Shown: positions 27,761 to 39,800, counted from the stretch's first letter. The stretch is DNA of 64,000 bases from Minisyncoccota bacterium (GCA_028714635.1 JAQTLZ010000002.1:9362-73361); one strand, 5' to 3'. Made by a program: numbers and translations. Notes: generated by a model from the sequence alone, not told the origin.

Positions 27761-28867
27761 TCAATAGTCTGCTTCTTGATTGTACCCTCCGCGAACTTCA
27801 TAGTGGAGATGCGGTCCGGTCGTTTTGCCAGTGAGCCCAGTAAGAGCGATCTCTTCTCCCTGCTCAACCCGTTGTCCGACCTTCACCAAATTTTTACTCA
27901 AATGCGCGTACAAAGTTTCAGTTCCATTTGAATGTTTTATGGCAACGTACTGGCCATATCCTCCGTTCCATCCGTACGTTTTACTAATAATAACAGTGCC
28001 TGCAGCTGTTGCGCGGACTGGAGTACCGATTGGAGTGCCAATATCAACAGCGTTATACCCATGAAGTCCCTGCGTCTTGTGTCCACCGATAATCGGATGA
28101 ATATAATACCCTGCATATTTCGGACCGCTGTAACCTTTCACGATCCTCGAAGTTCCGGATTTAGGTTTGGAAACTGGCGCAGGAGTGTCTATTTCTCCGT
28201 CAGGAATGATAATTTCGGCGCCAACAAGAAGAGTTCCGTCTTGAGGCAAATCATTGAATTGAATGATTTCTGTTTCATCTCCATTAAACTTTTTTGCAAC
28301 AGTTTTTAGAGTATCTCCTTCTTTTATGGCATAAGTAACTCCGGAAACGGGCAATATGACCAGCGTCTCTCCTGGGATAATCTTTCCACCTTTAATATCA
28401 TTGGCCCAAACAATAGTATTCACTGAAACATCAAACATCTTGGCGATGGCTGGTAAAGTATCACCCTCTCGCACTATATATGTGCTGATTTGATCTGATT
28501 GCGACCCTTCGATATCAGCAATGCTCCCAGAAGGCCCCGTTTCGGGCAAAAGAGAGTCTTTTTCAACGCTAATATCACCAGTGCTTCTCATGGAATCAAG
28601 CCCCGCAGAGACAGAAGCTTGAAGAAGGGGCATATTTTGGGAGTTTACCGGTGTATCGGGGGTCTCTGCCTGGGTATCTGTGCCGAAAACACTCGATAAA
28701 GCTGACAAGAAGCTGGCTTTTGCTTCATTTGGTGAGGCTATAATGACACAAATACAAACAGCAACTGGGATAAAAATACCCAAAAAGACCGAACGTATGA
28801 CCTGATTCTTTAATTTTCGAGCAAGAAAAGAAAAAAGAGAATCGGGATGTGTGTTTCTTTGCTTCAA
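27761..28867 (-). CDS. LysM-domain M23 family metallopeptidase, membrane-anchored
   Basis: Two LysM-like segments (YIVREGDTL, YAIKEGDTL) and an M23 motif around GPHLHYEVR. Confidence 0.8.
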   Translation of the reverse strand: MKQRNTHPDSLFSFLARKLKNQVIRSVFLGIFIPVAVCICVIIASPNEAKASFLSALSSVFGTDTQAETPDTPVNSQNMPLLQASVSAGLDSMRSTGDISVEKDSLLPETGPSGSIADIEGSQSDQISTYIVREGDTLPAIAKMFDVSVNTIVWANDIKGGKIIPGETLVILPVSGVTYAIKEGDTLKTVAKKFNGDETEIIQFNDLPQDGTLLVGAEIIIPDGEIDTPAPVSKPKSGTSRIVKGYSGPKYAGYYIHPIIGGHKTQGLHGYNAVDIGTPIGTPVRATAAGTVIISKTYGWNGGYGQYVAIKHSNGTETLYAHLSKNLVKVGQRVEQGEEIALTGLTGKTTGPHLHYEVRGGYNQEADY

Positions 28868-29164
28868 ATAGTTTCTTTTACCTACTTTCCCGAAGGAAAG
28901 CTGTGCATATTCTTTACAGAAAATGGCTTCACAGAGCCATATAACAGCGAATCACTCATTTATGCACCTCCCAAGTATACTAAGTAGGAAGTTCGGGTCA
29001 ATACCATCTGTGGATAGACATTACACGAGAAAAATGGTGGAAAAAATTGGCAAAAAGAGCAATTTTTTCGAAGAATTTCTTCTCCGTGATATACCCCGTG
29101 AGATATCAGGCACATGTTTATGTAAAAATTTGGGATTAATTATCTCATGGGGTATAGTGTCGGG

Positions 29165-31105
29165 ATGGATTTATTTCAAGGCCTCAATCAGAAGCAAAAA
29201 GAATCAGTTCTTTCTGTAGACGGACCACTTCTCATCCTCGCCGGAGCCGGCGCAGGCAAGACAAAGACCATCACTCACCGAATTTTATACCTCATAGCTG
29301 AAAAAGGGGTGCGACCGGAAGAAATTTTGGCGATAACTTTCACTAACAAGGCTGCTCGGGAGATGCGGGACAGGGTAGAAGCACTTCTTCGCAGTCACAA
29401 CATCACCAAAAGCCATGGGACGATGCCATTTGTTTCTACTTTTCACTCGCTTGGAGTCTCAATTATAAAAGAAAACGCAACACTTCTCGGTTTGCCAAAG
29501 TTTTTCAGCATTTTTGACAAAGGAGACGGAAAACGAGCGGTCAAAGAGGCGATGGAGAAGAGTAACGTGAATTCCTTGGTCATGGAACCAGGGAAAATTC
29601 AGGGAGTGATCTCAAAAGAGAAAGGAAAGATGAAAACCGCGAGCGCGTACGCGGAATCGGTAGGAAATGAATATTTCCCGAGAATTGTCTCATCTGTATG
29701 GAATGAATACGAAAAAATTCTGGCTCGAGAAAAGGCACTCGACTTCGATGACTTAATTCTCGTGAGTACAAAACTTCTCAAAGAGAACAAAGAAGTGCGG
29801 GAAAAGTATCAAAATCGTTTTTCATACGTTCACATTGATGAATACCAAGACACCAACACCGTTCAGTACCAAATGTCACGCCTCATCACGGGAGAAAAGA
29901 AAAATATCTGCGTTGTTGGAGATATTGATCAAAATATTTACACTTGGCGTGGGGCGAATATCCAAAACATCTTGAATTTTGAAAAAGATTACCCAAACGC
30001 GAAAATAATCCTCCTCGAAGAAAATTATCGATCAACCCAGACGATTCTTTCTGCAGCGAACCAGATCATTGCTAAAAACGAGATCCGCAAAGAGAAAAAT
30101 CTGTTCACCAAAAACGAGGAGGGTGAAAGAATAACGGTCTACCAAAGCTACGACGAAAGCGACGAGGCAAGTTTCATTGCCAGCGAATGCAAAAAACTTA
30201 TTGAAAATGGTGTTGACCCGAAAGAGATCGCAGTTTTGTACCGGGCAAATTTTCAATCACGAGCGTTGGAGGAAATCTTTCTTGCGCTTAATGTCTCATA
30301 TCAGCTTCTGGGTACGAGATTTTTTGAACGAAAAGAAGTGAAAGATACGCTCTCATATTTACGTTACGCTTTCAATCCCGAAAGCCTTTCGGATCTTGCG
30401 AGAGTTTTAAATACTCCGCCCCGGGGAATTGGAAAAGTTACCCTCGCTAAAATTTTTGAAGGGAAAGAAAACGAGCTTTCTGAAGTGATGAAACGAAAAA
30501 TGCAGGATTTCCGGGAACTTATCGCGGAAATAAAATCAGCTGGTGAGACACTCAAACCAAGCAATGCCATTAAACTTGTTATCCAAAAAAGCGGGCTCGA
30601 AGAATATTTGAAAAAAGATACAGCAGAGGGAGAGGAACGACTTGAAAACTTGAGGGAACTCGTGAGCCTCGCGACCAAGTATGATAATTTGGCGCCGGGA
30701 CAGGGCATGGAAAAACTTCTTGAGGAAGCGTCGCTTGCGAGCGATCAAGATTCTTTGACGGAAGAAAAAACTGGCGTAAAGCTTATGACTGTCCATTCTG
30801 CGAAAGGGCTCGAATTCGAATATGTGTTTATTTGCGGACTTGAACAAGATCTGTTCCCTCATAAAAAGCTCGATGAAGAAAGCGTAACAAGGGAAGAAGC
30901 GGAGGAGGAAAGACGGCTTTTTTACGTTGCATTGACCAGAGCAAAGAAAAAAGTGTATCTTACTCACGCTTCGATCCGAACTATTTTCGGAGGGAAAAAT
31001 GTCTGTATTCCTTCGGAATTCATCACTGACATTGACGAAGGGCTTATAAACGAAATTGGAGCCGAACGCGAGAAGGGAAGAGTAAAAACAATTTATCTGG
31101 ATTAA
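29165..31105 (+). CDS. pcrA: ATP-dependent DNA helicase of the UvrD/PcrA family (alternative start at 29147)
   Basis: GPLLILAGAGAGKTKTITHRI Walker A and the helicase motifs. Confidence 0.85.
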   Translation: MDLFQGLNQKQKESVLSVDGPLLILAGAGAGKTKTITHRILYLIAEKGVRPEEILAITFTNKAAREMRDRVEALLRSHNITKSHGTMPFVSTFHSLGVSIIKENATLLGLPKFFSIFDKGDGKRAVKEAMEKSNVNSLVMEPGKIQGVISKEKGKMKTASAYAESVGNEYFPRIVSSVWNEYEKILAREKALDFDDLILVSTKLLKENKEVREKYQNRFSYVHIDEYQDTNTVQYQMSRLITGEKKNICVVGDIDQNIYTWRGANIQNILNFEKDYPNAKIILLEENYRSTQTILSAANQIIAKNEIRKEKNLFTKNEEGERITVYQSYDESDEASFIASECKKLIENGVDPKEIAVLYRANFQSRALEEIFLALNVSYQLLGTRFFERKEVKDTLSYLRYAFNPESLSDLARVLNTPPRGIGKVTLAKIFEGKENELSEVMKRKMQDFRELIAEIKSAGETLKPSNAIKLVIQKSGLEEYLKKDTAEGEERLENLRELVSLATKYDNLAPGQGMEKLLEEASLASDQDSLTEEKTGVKLMTVHSAKGLEFEYVFICGLEQDLFPHKKLDEESVTREEAEEERRLFYVALTRAKKKVYLTHASIRTIFGGKNVCIPSEFITDIDEGLINEIGAEREKGRVKTIYLD

Positions 31106-31106
31106 T

Positions 31107-31934
31107 ATGGAAGCGAAAAAATCACTCGGACAAAACTTTTTAAATTCAAAGCCCGCGCTCGAAAAGATCGTAACGGCTGCAAAACTCTCCCATGAAGACA
31201 TAGTTCTTGAAGTGGGCCCGGGAAAAGGAACTCTGACTGAACTTCTTCTTGAAAAGGCGGGAAAAGTTATCGCTGTCGAGAAAGACGACAGACTGATTCC
31301 GTTTTTGGAGGAAAAATTCCAGCGTGAAATTGCCTCGGGCAATTTCACGCTTGTTCACGGCGACATTCTGAATTTCGAGCCCTCTTCCTACAAGCTACAA
31401 GTTAATTCCTACAAGCTCGTCGCAAACATTCCCTACTACATCACAGGCATTTTTATAAGAAAATTTCTTTCGGAAGTGACCCAGCCAAGTACAATGATCC
31501 TCATGCTACAAAAAGAAGTCGCAGAAAGAATCGTCGCGCGAGATGGCAAAGAAAGCATTCTCTCAATGAGTGTGAAAGCCTACGGCACCCCCAAAATAAT
31601 CGGCATCGTAAAAGCGGGGAGCTTCACTCCTTCCCCAGCTGTTGATTCAGCCATTCTCGCGATTGAAAACATTTCAAAAGATTTTTTCCGCGGAATAAGC
31701 GAAGAAACTTTTTTCGATCTTTTAAAAGCAGGATTTGGAAGCAAACGAAAACAGCTTCAAAATAATTTGCGGACAAACAAAAATATCTCCCAAGAACTCA
31801 TGCAAAATATATTTAAGAAAGTAGAAATTGGAGAAAGGGCGCGAGCAGAAGACCTCACGCTTCTTCAGTGGAAAAAACTTGTAGAAGTTATGGAAGAGTC
31901 TGACCCAAAACTATTTGAGTCATTGAAAGCATAA
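31107..31934 (+). CDS. rsmA: 16S rRNA (adenine1518/1519-N6)-dimethyltransferase
   Basis: KKSLGQNFLNS ... VLEVGPGKGTLT. Confidence 0.9.
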   Translation: MEAKKSLGQNFLNSKPALEKIVTAAKLSHEDIVLEVGPGKGTLTELLLEKAGKVIAVEKDDRLIPFLEEKFQREIASGNFTLVHGDILNFEPSSYKLQVNSYKLVANIPYYITGIFIRKFLSEVTQPSTMILMLQKEVAERIVARDGKESILSMSVKAYGTPKIIGIVKAGSFTPSPAVDSAILAIENISKDFFRGISEETFFDLLKAGFGSKRKQLQNNLRTNKNISQELMQNIFKKVEIGERARAEDLTLLQWKKLVEVMEESDPKLFESLKA

Positions 31935-33261
31935 GAAGCCCTCGTCCTGAAATAGTATTGCCGACAAGACACGGTGTAGAAACAGACGCCGTTCCTTTCA
32001 AATATCCGATAGGACGAGGAGGATTTACCAACCCATTCAAAGGATTTGATTGCCACAAATAAAGCCCAGGAGTCGGCGAACCTATTTTAACCAAAACTCC
32101 GTTATCGCAATGAGCGAGGGAAAGCACCGCTCCGCCAAAAGGCTTGCTTTCTGGGGAAGGCATAAAAATTGTCGAGGGAGGATTTGTTGTCCCTGTCCCT
32201 GAAGAAGAATTATTTTGCGAAGAGGATTGGCCAAGCTTTCCTAAAATATTTCCTAAAACTCCTCCCGCTAAATTCACAAGCATACCCTGAAGTCCCCCGA
32301 AAGCCCCAGATCCAGATGACCCAATCGATGAACCGAATGATCCAATGCCGCTCCCGCTACCAAGTCCGCAGGTTCCGCTTGTACAACTGCCAGTAGAAAG
32401 AGGGCAACTGCCTCCAGAGCAGGCAGAATTGGCAGGAGATTGAGAAGACATGATAAAACCGGAAGAGGTTGCTCCCATGCAAATTGGTCCTGGAGGACTC
32501 GAACCGTGAAAAAGAATGGGAAGTCCCGGTTTCCCAACAGGCTTACCACCTACTGTACAAGGCACGGGCGTGACCAAAGCCATCCCAAGAAGACATTGCC
32601 CGATTGCCACAGGAGGCCCATTCTCGTAACTTTTTGTTTTGAGCGTCCAAAGATAAAACCCCGGAGTTGGCGGACCAATTTTCACTAAAATACTTCCGTT
32701 ATCGCAACGAATCGGAGGGATGAGAATCGCTCCACCAAAAGGCCCGCCTTTGACACCGGCTGGAGAAGTAACTGGGGGCGTTGTCCCTGTCGCATCGGGT
32801 GGGGTGGTAGGAGGAGAAGTTGTCGGTGGAGTGGGGTTAGGATTACCAGTAAGAAGAGCATTCTTTCTTTCCTGAGTAGTTCCAGTTCTTCCGTCATCTG
32901 GGAAAGTCCCCTGGATGGGATCTTGTTCCCCGTAGCCATTCGGCTTTTGATTTCCAAAAGTCAGATTTTTTTCTCCCCCCGCGATAGTTATAACCTTCTG
33001 TAATTGCGCCGGTGATAAGTTATCGTGAAGATATTGCAGTTCTGCCAAATCTAGGTGTGAAAGGGCATTTTTTATACCACCAGCATTTTTATTTAGATAC
33101 GTATCAAGCGTTCCATTATTCTGCCTTTCTACCAACCCATCAATTATATTGTGAGAGGCTTCGGCTTTTTGAACAAAAGAAAAAAAGGCAAGAAAAAGCA
33201 GAAAAAAGACACATATCCGTTTCTTTTTAAATAACACTTTCATAAAAGCCATTGGTCTCAT
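31888..33261 (-). CDS. Secreted Gly/Ser/Thr/Pro-rich protein with two internal Cys-containing repeats (CDNG.LVKIG.PTPG.YLW). Signal peptide MKVLFKKKRICVFFLLFLAFFSF. The upstream part of the ORF-track start is ignored.
   Basis: Signal peptide, low-complexity linkers and internal repeat read from the translation. Confidence 0.5.
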   Translation of the reverse strand: MRPMAFMKVLFKKKRICVFFLLFLAFFSFVQKAEASHNIIDGLVERQNNGTLDTYLNKNAGGIKNALSHLDLAELQYLHDNLSPAQLQKVITIAGGEKNLTFGNQKPNGYGEQDPIQGTFPDDGRTGTTQERKNALLTGNPNPTPPTTSPPTTPPDATGTTPPVTSPAGVKGGPFGGAILIPPIRCDNGSILVKIGPPTPGFYLWTLKTKSYENGPPVAIGQCLLGMALVTPVPCTVGGKPVGKPGLPILFHGSSPPGPICMGATSSGFIMSSQSPANSACSGGSCPLSTGSCTSGTCGLGSGSGIGSFGSSIGSSGSGAFGGLQGMLVNLAGGVLGNILGKLGQSSSQNNSSSGTGTTNPPSTIFMPSPESKPFGGAVLSLAHCDNGVLVKIGSPTPGLYLWQSNPLNGLVNPPRPIGYLKGTASVSTPCLVGNTISGRGLLMLSMTQIVLGQTLP

Positions 33262-33352
33262 TGTACCAGACAAAAAGACGAACCTGTCCACAAGCAAGAG
33301 CAGTTTTTCTTGGTACAATAAAAGCAAGAAAAGAGTCTTTGACTCGTTTCTC

Positions 33353-34366
33353 GTGCTATACAAACAAGCAATGAACCGACCAAGCAACAAAATTATTATT
33401 CTCCTCGTAATTGCAATCCTTGTTGTTGGCGGTGCTTTCTTTTTTAAAAATTTTGACTGGACTAAAATTCGCAATCCATTCGCTTCTAAAACGGAAACTC
33501 AAAATCAAAACCTCCAAGTCCTGGCTGAAAATGAAATAAATAAAGATAGCGACCAGGACGGGCTCAAGGATTGGGAAGAAAAACTTTGGAAAACGGATCC
33601 CAGTAGTTCTGACACCGACAAAGACGGAACTTCTGACGGGGAAGAAGTGAAAGAGGGAAGAGATCCGAAATTAGCAGGACCGAATGATAAAATTTCGAAA
33701 GATGCGGCTATTCAAAAAATTATCCAAAGCTCCGAAACAGAAAATCTCAATCCAACCGAAAAACTCTCAAGAGAATTTCTTGCGCAATATTTAGGAACGA
33801 ATCCGTCAGGAGGAACTCTCACTGATGCGGAAAAAAATGCGCTCATCGGTAACTTAACAGCAGAGAGTATTACTCCATTTACCTACAAGCGTCACAGCGC
33901 ATCTGAACTCAAAGTACTTCCGGATGGAAGCGCAGAGACAATCAGAGCTTACGGAAATATTCTTGGAAAAATTATCGTTCTGAATACCAAAATAAAATTG
34001 GAAAGCGAAACGACAATACTCCAATCAGCTCTCGCGGGAGAGGACAAAGAAAAACTAAAAGAGCTCGACCCAATCATCGCTCGGTATACCACAATAGTAA
34101 GTCAGGGAATGAAAATATCCGTTCCGCCGACAGCCGCAGAACTTCATATTCATTTTATGAACGCCTTGACTGATTTGGCAGAGTCCGCGAGCAGGATGAA
34201 AGTCGTTTTTGAAGATCCTTTGACCACTTTGAAGAGTCTTTCGGCTTATTCCGAAGCAGAAACCGAGCTCACGACGTCAATCGCCGACCTTCAGGACTAT
34301 TTCTCAAAAAATGGCGTAGTTTTCAACAAAAACGAGTACGGTTATACCTTTCGTCCCACACAGTAA
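33353..34366 (+). CDS. Membrane-anchored exported protein with DxDxDG calcium-binding-like repeats (thrombospondin type-3-like). First gene of the T4SS-like cluster.
   Basis: N-terminal TM helix, then DSDQDGLKDWEE..DTDKDGTSDGEE. Confidence 0.45.
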   Translation: MLYKQAMNRPSNKIIILLVIAILVVGGAFFFKNFDWTKIRNPFASKTETQNQNLQVLAENEINKDSDQDGLKDWEEKLWKTDPSSSDTDKDGTSDGEEVKEGRDPKLAGPNDKISKDAAIQKIIQSSETENLNPTEKLSREFLAQYLGTNPSGGTLTDAEKNALIGNLTAESITPFTYKRHSASELKVLPDGSAETIRAYGNILGKIIVLNTKIKLESETTILQSALAGEDKEKLKELDPIIARYTTIVSQGMKISVPPTAAELHIHFMNALTDLAESASRMKVVFEDPLTTLKSLSAYSEAETELTTSIADLQDYFSKNGVVFNKNEYGYTFRPTQ

Positions 34367-34402
34367 GCACGTATAATTAAGTATGATGGTCTTCTTTTAT
34401 TC

Positions 34403-36790
34403 ATGAGAGACTCGATCAAAAAATTTCTTGCATTTACACTCTGTTTTGGGGCAATTTTCTTTGTGACGGGTTGTCTCGTTAAAGAGGTTTATGCTGATCC
34501 AGTCATAGCGATTCCTGCTAATTTTTCTTACGTTAATGTCCCTATGTGGGACAAAGGAAAACACACACTCCCGAACGGAGTAACCTATGAGGTATACAGT
34601 GGTTGTAATCATACAAGTGATGACCTCTACGGGATCTGCGGTGGTCATAACGTTATTCGAGACCTTTCAACAGGTAAATATTATGATGTTCCTAGACTTG
34701 GAACGGCCCCAGGAAGAGAAGTAGACACCCCAGAAGGTGCACCTTCAGCTCCAATTGTTGATACGAGCAACGATGCCCCAGCGCCACCACCTCCAGAGGA
34801 CAATGGTCCAGTAGACTGTTCCAGCGGTGAATGTGTCGTGTCTCCGACAAATACGAATTCGGGTTTTTCTAATACACCTCCTAATGCGGGTTTGGTGGAT
34901 AATGCGCAACAGCAAGCTCTAGAAGCCCAAATAGCTACTGCACAAGCAGAGCAAGATCTTACAGATGCGAGTAGCAAGTTAAATTACTTTCACGACCAAT
35001 ATCCTTACATTTTTGATGCCGACGGGGGCATCCAAGCAGCCGATGTCATTCAAGCAAATGAAGACATCGCCAATTACAATAGATACAATGGGACTAATAT
35101 ACCGCCCCTTTCTGCAGAATCATACGACTCGATCAGACAGCAAGATCAAGATTTTCTGAATGAATTCACTACTGCGCGCCAGAATTATGAAGCTGCATTA
35201 GATTACCAGGCAACAGCAGAACAAAACTTCAATAGCCTTGATGATTACGCGCAACCAGATTCAGCTTCGGGATCTTCCGGCTCTGGAATAACAGCTGCTG
35301 GAGGAGTAGCGGGACTTTTGACGGGATCGACAGGAACAGCAGATCCGATCGTCCAACCAATAGTCCAGCAGGGGAATGTGGAATCAGGTAAGCAAAAGGG
35401 AACAGCGGTGCCAGTCACCAACGACATTCTCGAAAAAGCTGCAGTTGGTACACACGCAAATACAACTGCTCAAGTCAAGAAAGATTTCACCCTCGACGGC
35501 ATCGCAAAAATGATCGCTGAAAGAATGGTGCATCAGATCGCTACGAGCATCGTGCAGTGGATAAATACAGGTTTCAAAGGCGCGCCCGCATTCGTGACCG
35601 ATCTCAAAGGATTTATGGAAAAAGTCGGAGATGATGTTACAGCGACCTTTATCACCAAAAGCGGGCTCCTCCAGACACCTTACGGGCCACTCATAGCCCA
35701 AGCTATCATCGGCGCGCGTACAGGAAATTTCAACCTTCAGCCAGTGTTTACAAGCGCTCTCGCGCAGGGACAAGGAGTAGTAAATCAATTTCTTGGAGGA
35801 GATTTTTATGCCGGAGGCTTGCAAGGATTCTATGACGTTTCTCAAAATTGCAATAATTACCAATGCGCAACACTGGCAGCGATAAACAGAAACAACGTAT
35901 TAGTGCAGGAAGAAGAGCACCGCAAAGAACTCGAGTATTTGGCTGGACAAGGTTTTAAGCCAAAAACAGTGTGCGATGGAAGCAAAGGTTCTCCGTGTGA
36001 CCACCAAAGCGTCGTCACTCCCGGAAGCATTCTCCGTGAAAACCTAAATCAAGCTCTTGGAAGCGATCTTATCACTCTTGAAAATGTCCACGACATCAAT
36101 GAGATTATCGGCGCTCTTATGGGCCAGCTCATAAATATGGTGACAACCAGTTCTGGAGGCTTGAGTGGAACAAGTGCGCCAACGAGAAGCAAGGTAAATA
36201 AAAACGGAACCATTTCTCAAGTTTCGTTCCTTGCTGATTTGAATAGCGGAGTAGATATCGTCACCCTCGCTCAAGCAAAAGGGCCCACTCTTGCCTTGAT
36301 TGATGAAAATCTCACAAAAGCAAAAAATCCAAACCGATTAACCCTCTTTACCGGGGCACTCGCTAAGGTGAATGAAGCGGAAAACCTCATTGGGCAGGTG
36401 AAAATCTGTTACGAAGACAAGCTCGATCCTTCATTCGATCCGCCGCTTTCAGACAGTGATAAAAATCTTGCGGGAGGAAGAATCGACTCAGCGGATACCG
36501 TTCTTTCAACTCTCATAGCACCGGTGAAAACTGCTCTCGCACATGAAATTTCGATAGTGAATACGAAAGCAAACGCTCTGCAAAAAATCCGAAACGCTCT
36601 CACAGCAGCGACTACCGTAGCAGACGCGAACACAATAATAAATACCTACAAATCCCAATATGTAAACACCGGAAATACGCTCGAGGAAGATATCCAGTCT
36701 CTGACAGGCCAAGTTGGCACAATCGAAGGTGATGCGCAGACGCAACTGGATGAGTGTGAGGCATTGGAGGGAGTCCAGAATAATCCTTAA
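34403..36790 (+). CDS. Large secreted protein (795 aa), signal peptide, Gly/Ser-rich linker, no recognisable catalytic motif
   Basis: Signal peptide MRDSIKKFLAFTLCFGAIFFVTG and a long ORF. Confidence 0.5.
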   Translation: MRDSIKKFLAFTLCFGAIFFVTGCLVKEVYADPVIAIPANFSYVNVPMWDKGKHTLPNGVTYEVYSGCNHTSDDLYGICGGHNVIRDLSTGKYYDVPRLGTAPGREVDTPEGAPSAPIVDTSNDAPAPPPPEDNGPVDCSSGECVVSPTNTNSGFSNTPPNAGLVDNAQQQALEAQIATAQAEQDLTDASSKLNYFHDQYPYIFDADGGIQAADVIQANEDIANYNRYNGTNIPPLSAESYDSIRQQDQDFLNEFTTARQNYEAALDYQATAEQNFNSLDDYAQPDSASGSSGSGITAAGGVAGLLTGSTGTADPIVQPIVQQGNVESGKQKGTAVPVTNDILEKAAVGTHANTTAQVKKDFTLDGIAKMIAERMVHQIATSIVQWINTGFKGAPAFVTDLKGFMEKVGDDVTATFITKSGLLQTPYGPLIAQAIIGARTGNFNLQPVFTSALAQGQGVVNQFLGGDFYAGGLQGFYDVSQNCNNYQCATLAAINRNNVLVQEEEHRKELEYLAGQGFKPKTVCDGSKGSPCDHQSVVTPGSILRENLNQALGSDLITLENVHDINEIIGALMGQLINMVTTSSGGLSGTSAPTRSKVNKNGTISQVSFLADLNSGVDIVTLAQAKGPTLALIDENLTKAKNPNRLTLFTGALAKVNEAENLIGQVKICYEDKLDPSFDPPLSDSDKNLAGGRIDSADTVLSTLIAPVKTALAHEISIVNTKANALQKIRNALTAATTVADANTIINTYKSQYVNTGNTLEEDIQSLTGQVGTIEGDAQTQLDECEALEGVQNNP

Positions 36791-36825
36791 CGTATAATAG
36801 AGAAGAATCGATTAAAATTTATCAA

Positions 36826-39800
36826 ATGTTCGATAGAAAAAAACAAATTCAAAAAGGAGAAGTGCTGGGACAGAAACAAAAAAATTTACTCCCGGCTTCT
36901 AAAGAGACGAGAAAAGTTTTCTCATTGATGACTATTCTATTAGTAATAGGAATAGGAATAATTTTCCCCTTAGGAGCAAGCGTCAAGGCAGACACAGTAC
37001 AAATAGGTGGGCATACGATAGAATTCAATTACAATTCAATCGGAGGTAGTTCCGCACCCTTCGATCCAAATGATCTTAATGGGCCTTATGTAGTAAACGG
37101 ACAAACGTATTTTGTCTACCAAGCTACTAAATACCGCATAACGGGCAATACAGCTGTACCAGTTGATACTGGAGACAGTACTTTTTCTCAGTCAGCCGCG
37201 CAACTTTTTGGAGCACAGATACCTTTTATAGGAAGCGGTACAGCCCAAACACTGACCCACACGGGTTGGATAAATGTTATTCAGGATGGTTTAAATGCAG
37301 AACTTGCAGCAACAAGGAAAAAATTAGCTGCCGACCAGGCAGCGGGCGATACGGTAGCCGTTAATGAAGACCAACAAAAAATAGCAGCCATAAATAGTGA
37401 CATAAAGGAAGCTGCGGGAACTGTAAACATGAACAGTGGCCAGGCCGCTCAAGCAACGGCAGATTCGAATCGGCTTATGGGTGATGTAAGCTGCACATGG
37501 AATAGTAAATTTAGTTTGGTTGCGTGTCTTAATATCGCAGCGCTCTGGGTGGGAAATCTGATCCTTAGCCTCGCCGCGCTCTTTCTCTTCATTGTAAGCA
37601 TTCTCTTTGACTACATAATCTCCGGTACAGTAGCCGGAATGGGAGGAATCATCCAGAGGGTAGGCACTATAGCAGTTGCTTGGAGAGCGGCTCGGGATAT
37701 CGCGAACGCATTTTTCATATTTATCCTTCTTTATCTCGCAATCGCTACAATTTTGGACCTTGGAGTAGAGACGAAAAAACAGGTGATACGAGTGATAGTG
37801 ATGGCGCTCCTTATCAATTTCAGTCTCTTCTTTACTAGTGTGATGATAGACGCCTCGAACCTCATCGCCACCGGTTTTTATAATGCCACACTCAAGATAG
37901 CGAAAGACACCGCTCCTCCGCCGAACGCAGGACTGACGTCAGGAATAATCGACCCAGGCTCGCGCACAGGAAGCATTTCATCTGTATTTTTAAATGCGAT
38001 GGCTCTTCAGGGAATTTATAATTACAATTCTCCGACTATTAAAAGCGGGTTAGTGGAAAGCGCCAACACAGCAGATCCGAGAAAAGAAAACGTAGGAATT
38101 CCAGACCGAATAAGCAATACCGCAGTCGCCGAAAGTAGTGGCAACAAGATTTCATTCAGCAGAATCCTCGTCACCACCATTTTCGGCACGATGGTAATGT
38201 TTACCACCGCTCTTGTATTGCTTGCTTCTATTTCACTCTTCGGAGCACGAGTGGCAACGCTTCTTGTTTGTATGGTTTTTTCTCCTATCGCATTTGCCCT
38301 TATGGCAGTTCCAGGAGATAAATACTCAGAAAAACTCTACTGGGGCAAACTGGTACCGCAACTGCTCTTTGCTCCCGTCTATATGCTATTCCTTTTTCTC
38401 ACCATACAAATTGTGAGGAGTCTCCCGCCAGGAAGTTTCTCTGCTTCAAACGATGCAAATCTCAGCAGTGAACTCGGCGCGATATTCGCAATCTTCTACA
38501 ATTATATAATCGTCAACACCCTCATTATGACCACTCTTGTCTCGGCAAATGAGATTGGAATCGAGGGAGCAAGTGCGGCAATGGAGTGGGTGCAAAAAGG
38601 GAAGGGCGCGCTCCAGAGCGTTGTGGGGAGAAATACAATCGGCTGGTGGGCACGAGGTCTTGATGAGAAATGGGCGAATACAAATGCTCCACGAGGATTT
38701 AACTGGCTTGTTGGAGGTCAAGGAATTGTCGGCTCCAAGATTCGAGGTTCGACTACCGGCTTTTTGAAAGATGCTAAATTCGGCGGAGAGAAAAGCGCTG
38801 AAGATGTTTACCACGAGGAACATGTTCTTAGGTCTGCTCAAGAGAGCAACAGAAAGAAAGACGCAGTGATCGCGGGATTAAGAAAGGGGGACAAAGACGC
38901 TGTGGAACAGGCTTGGGGCAAACTTTCCGGTTCAGAGAAGATAGAAATGCTTAAAACTAATAAGGGGCTCTTCAATCATCGCGATATGGAAATGATCGGT
39001 GAAGCAAGTACTGACCAAGATATAGAGTCAATTGATAAAAGCGACGATTTAACCCAGCAGGAAAAGGATGAATTGAAACACGGAAAATTCGACCGTCAAA
39101 TTGCTATTTCGAAATTATACAAAAATGAGCTGGATAAATACGAGGAAGCATTCTCGAACGGAGGCAGATATAACGTTGTGGACAAAAACGGAAAAGAGAC
39201 CGGAGAAGTCGTCGATTTCAGCGCGGTAAGAGGTGCGGCCAGAAATGAACTTTACGCCCAAAACATGTTAAGTATGAGAAAATGGGATAAGAAATTGGCG
39301 ACCGATATACAAAAGAGGAAGGGTCTCTCGATCAAACATATGCATCAAATCGCACCGGATCTCTTCACCGATAACAAAGACGGAAGAATTACTGAAAACA
39401 TCGACCATGGGCCGATTGAAGACGCGAGAAGGCTGGGATTCTTGAGTGTTGCAGCTGAAAGAAAATTGCGACTGGCAAAAGGAACCGCAGCTATGGACGC
39501 GACAGCTATGGCGTACGGAATTGATGTTTCGAAAAAAGACTGGAGAGAAAAAGGCATTGAAGAGAGAGGAAAACTCCTAGACGCTGTGGGCGAACACTAT
39601 GTCTATGGAGGTGAAGACGCGATGGGTGAATATTTGAGACTGCAGAGTGGTAGTTTAACCCAAGCAGAGAGAGACGAATACGCTAGGCTTCATCATGGGG
39701 ATCAAGATTATATGGCAGCCGGCGAGGAAAGATACAGGCGATGGATGAGCGGTAAAGGACCTCACGAATTCTGGCTGAACAGAGGCGCTGTCAGAAATAG

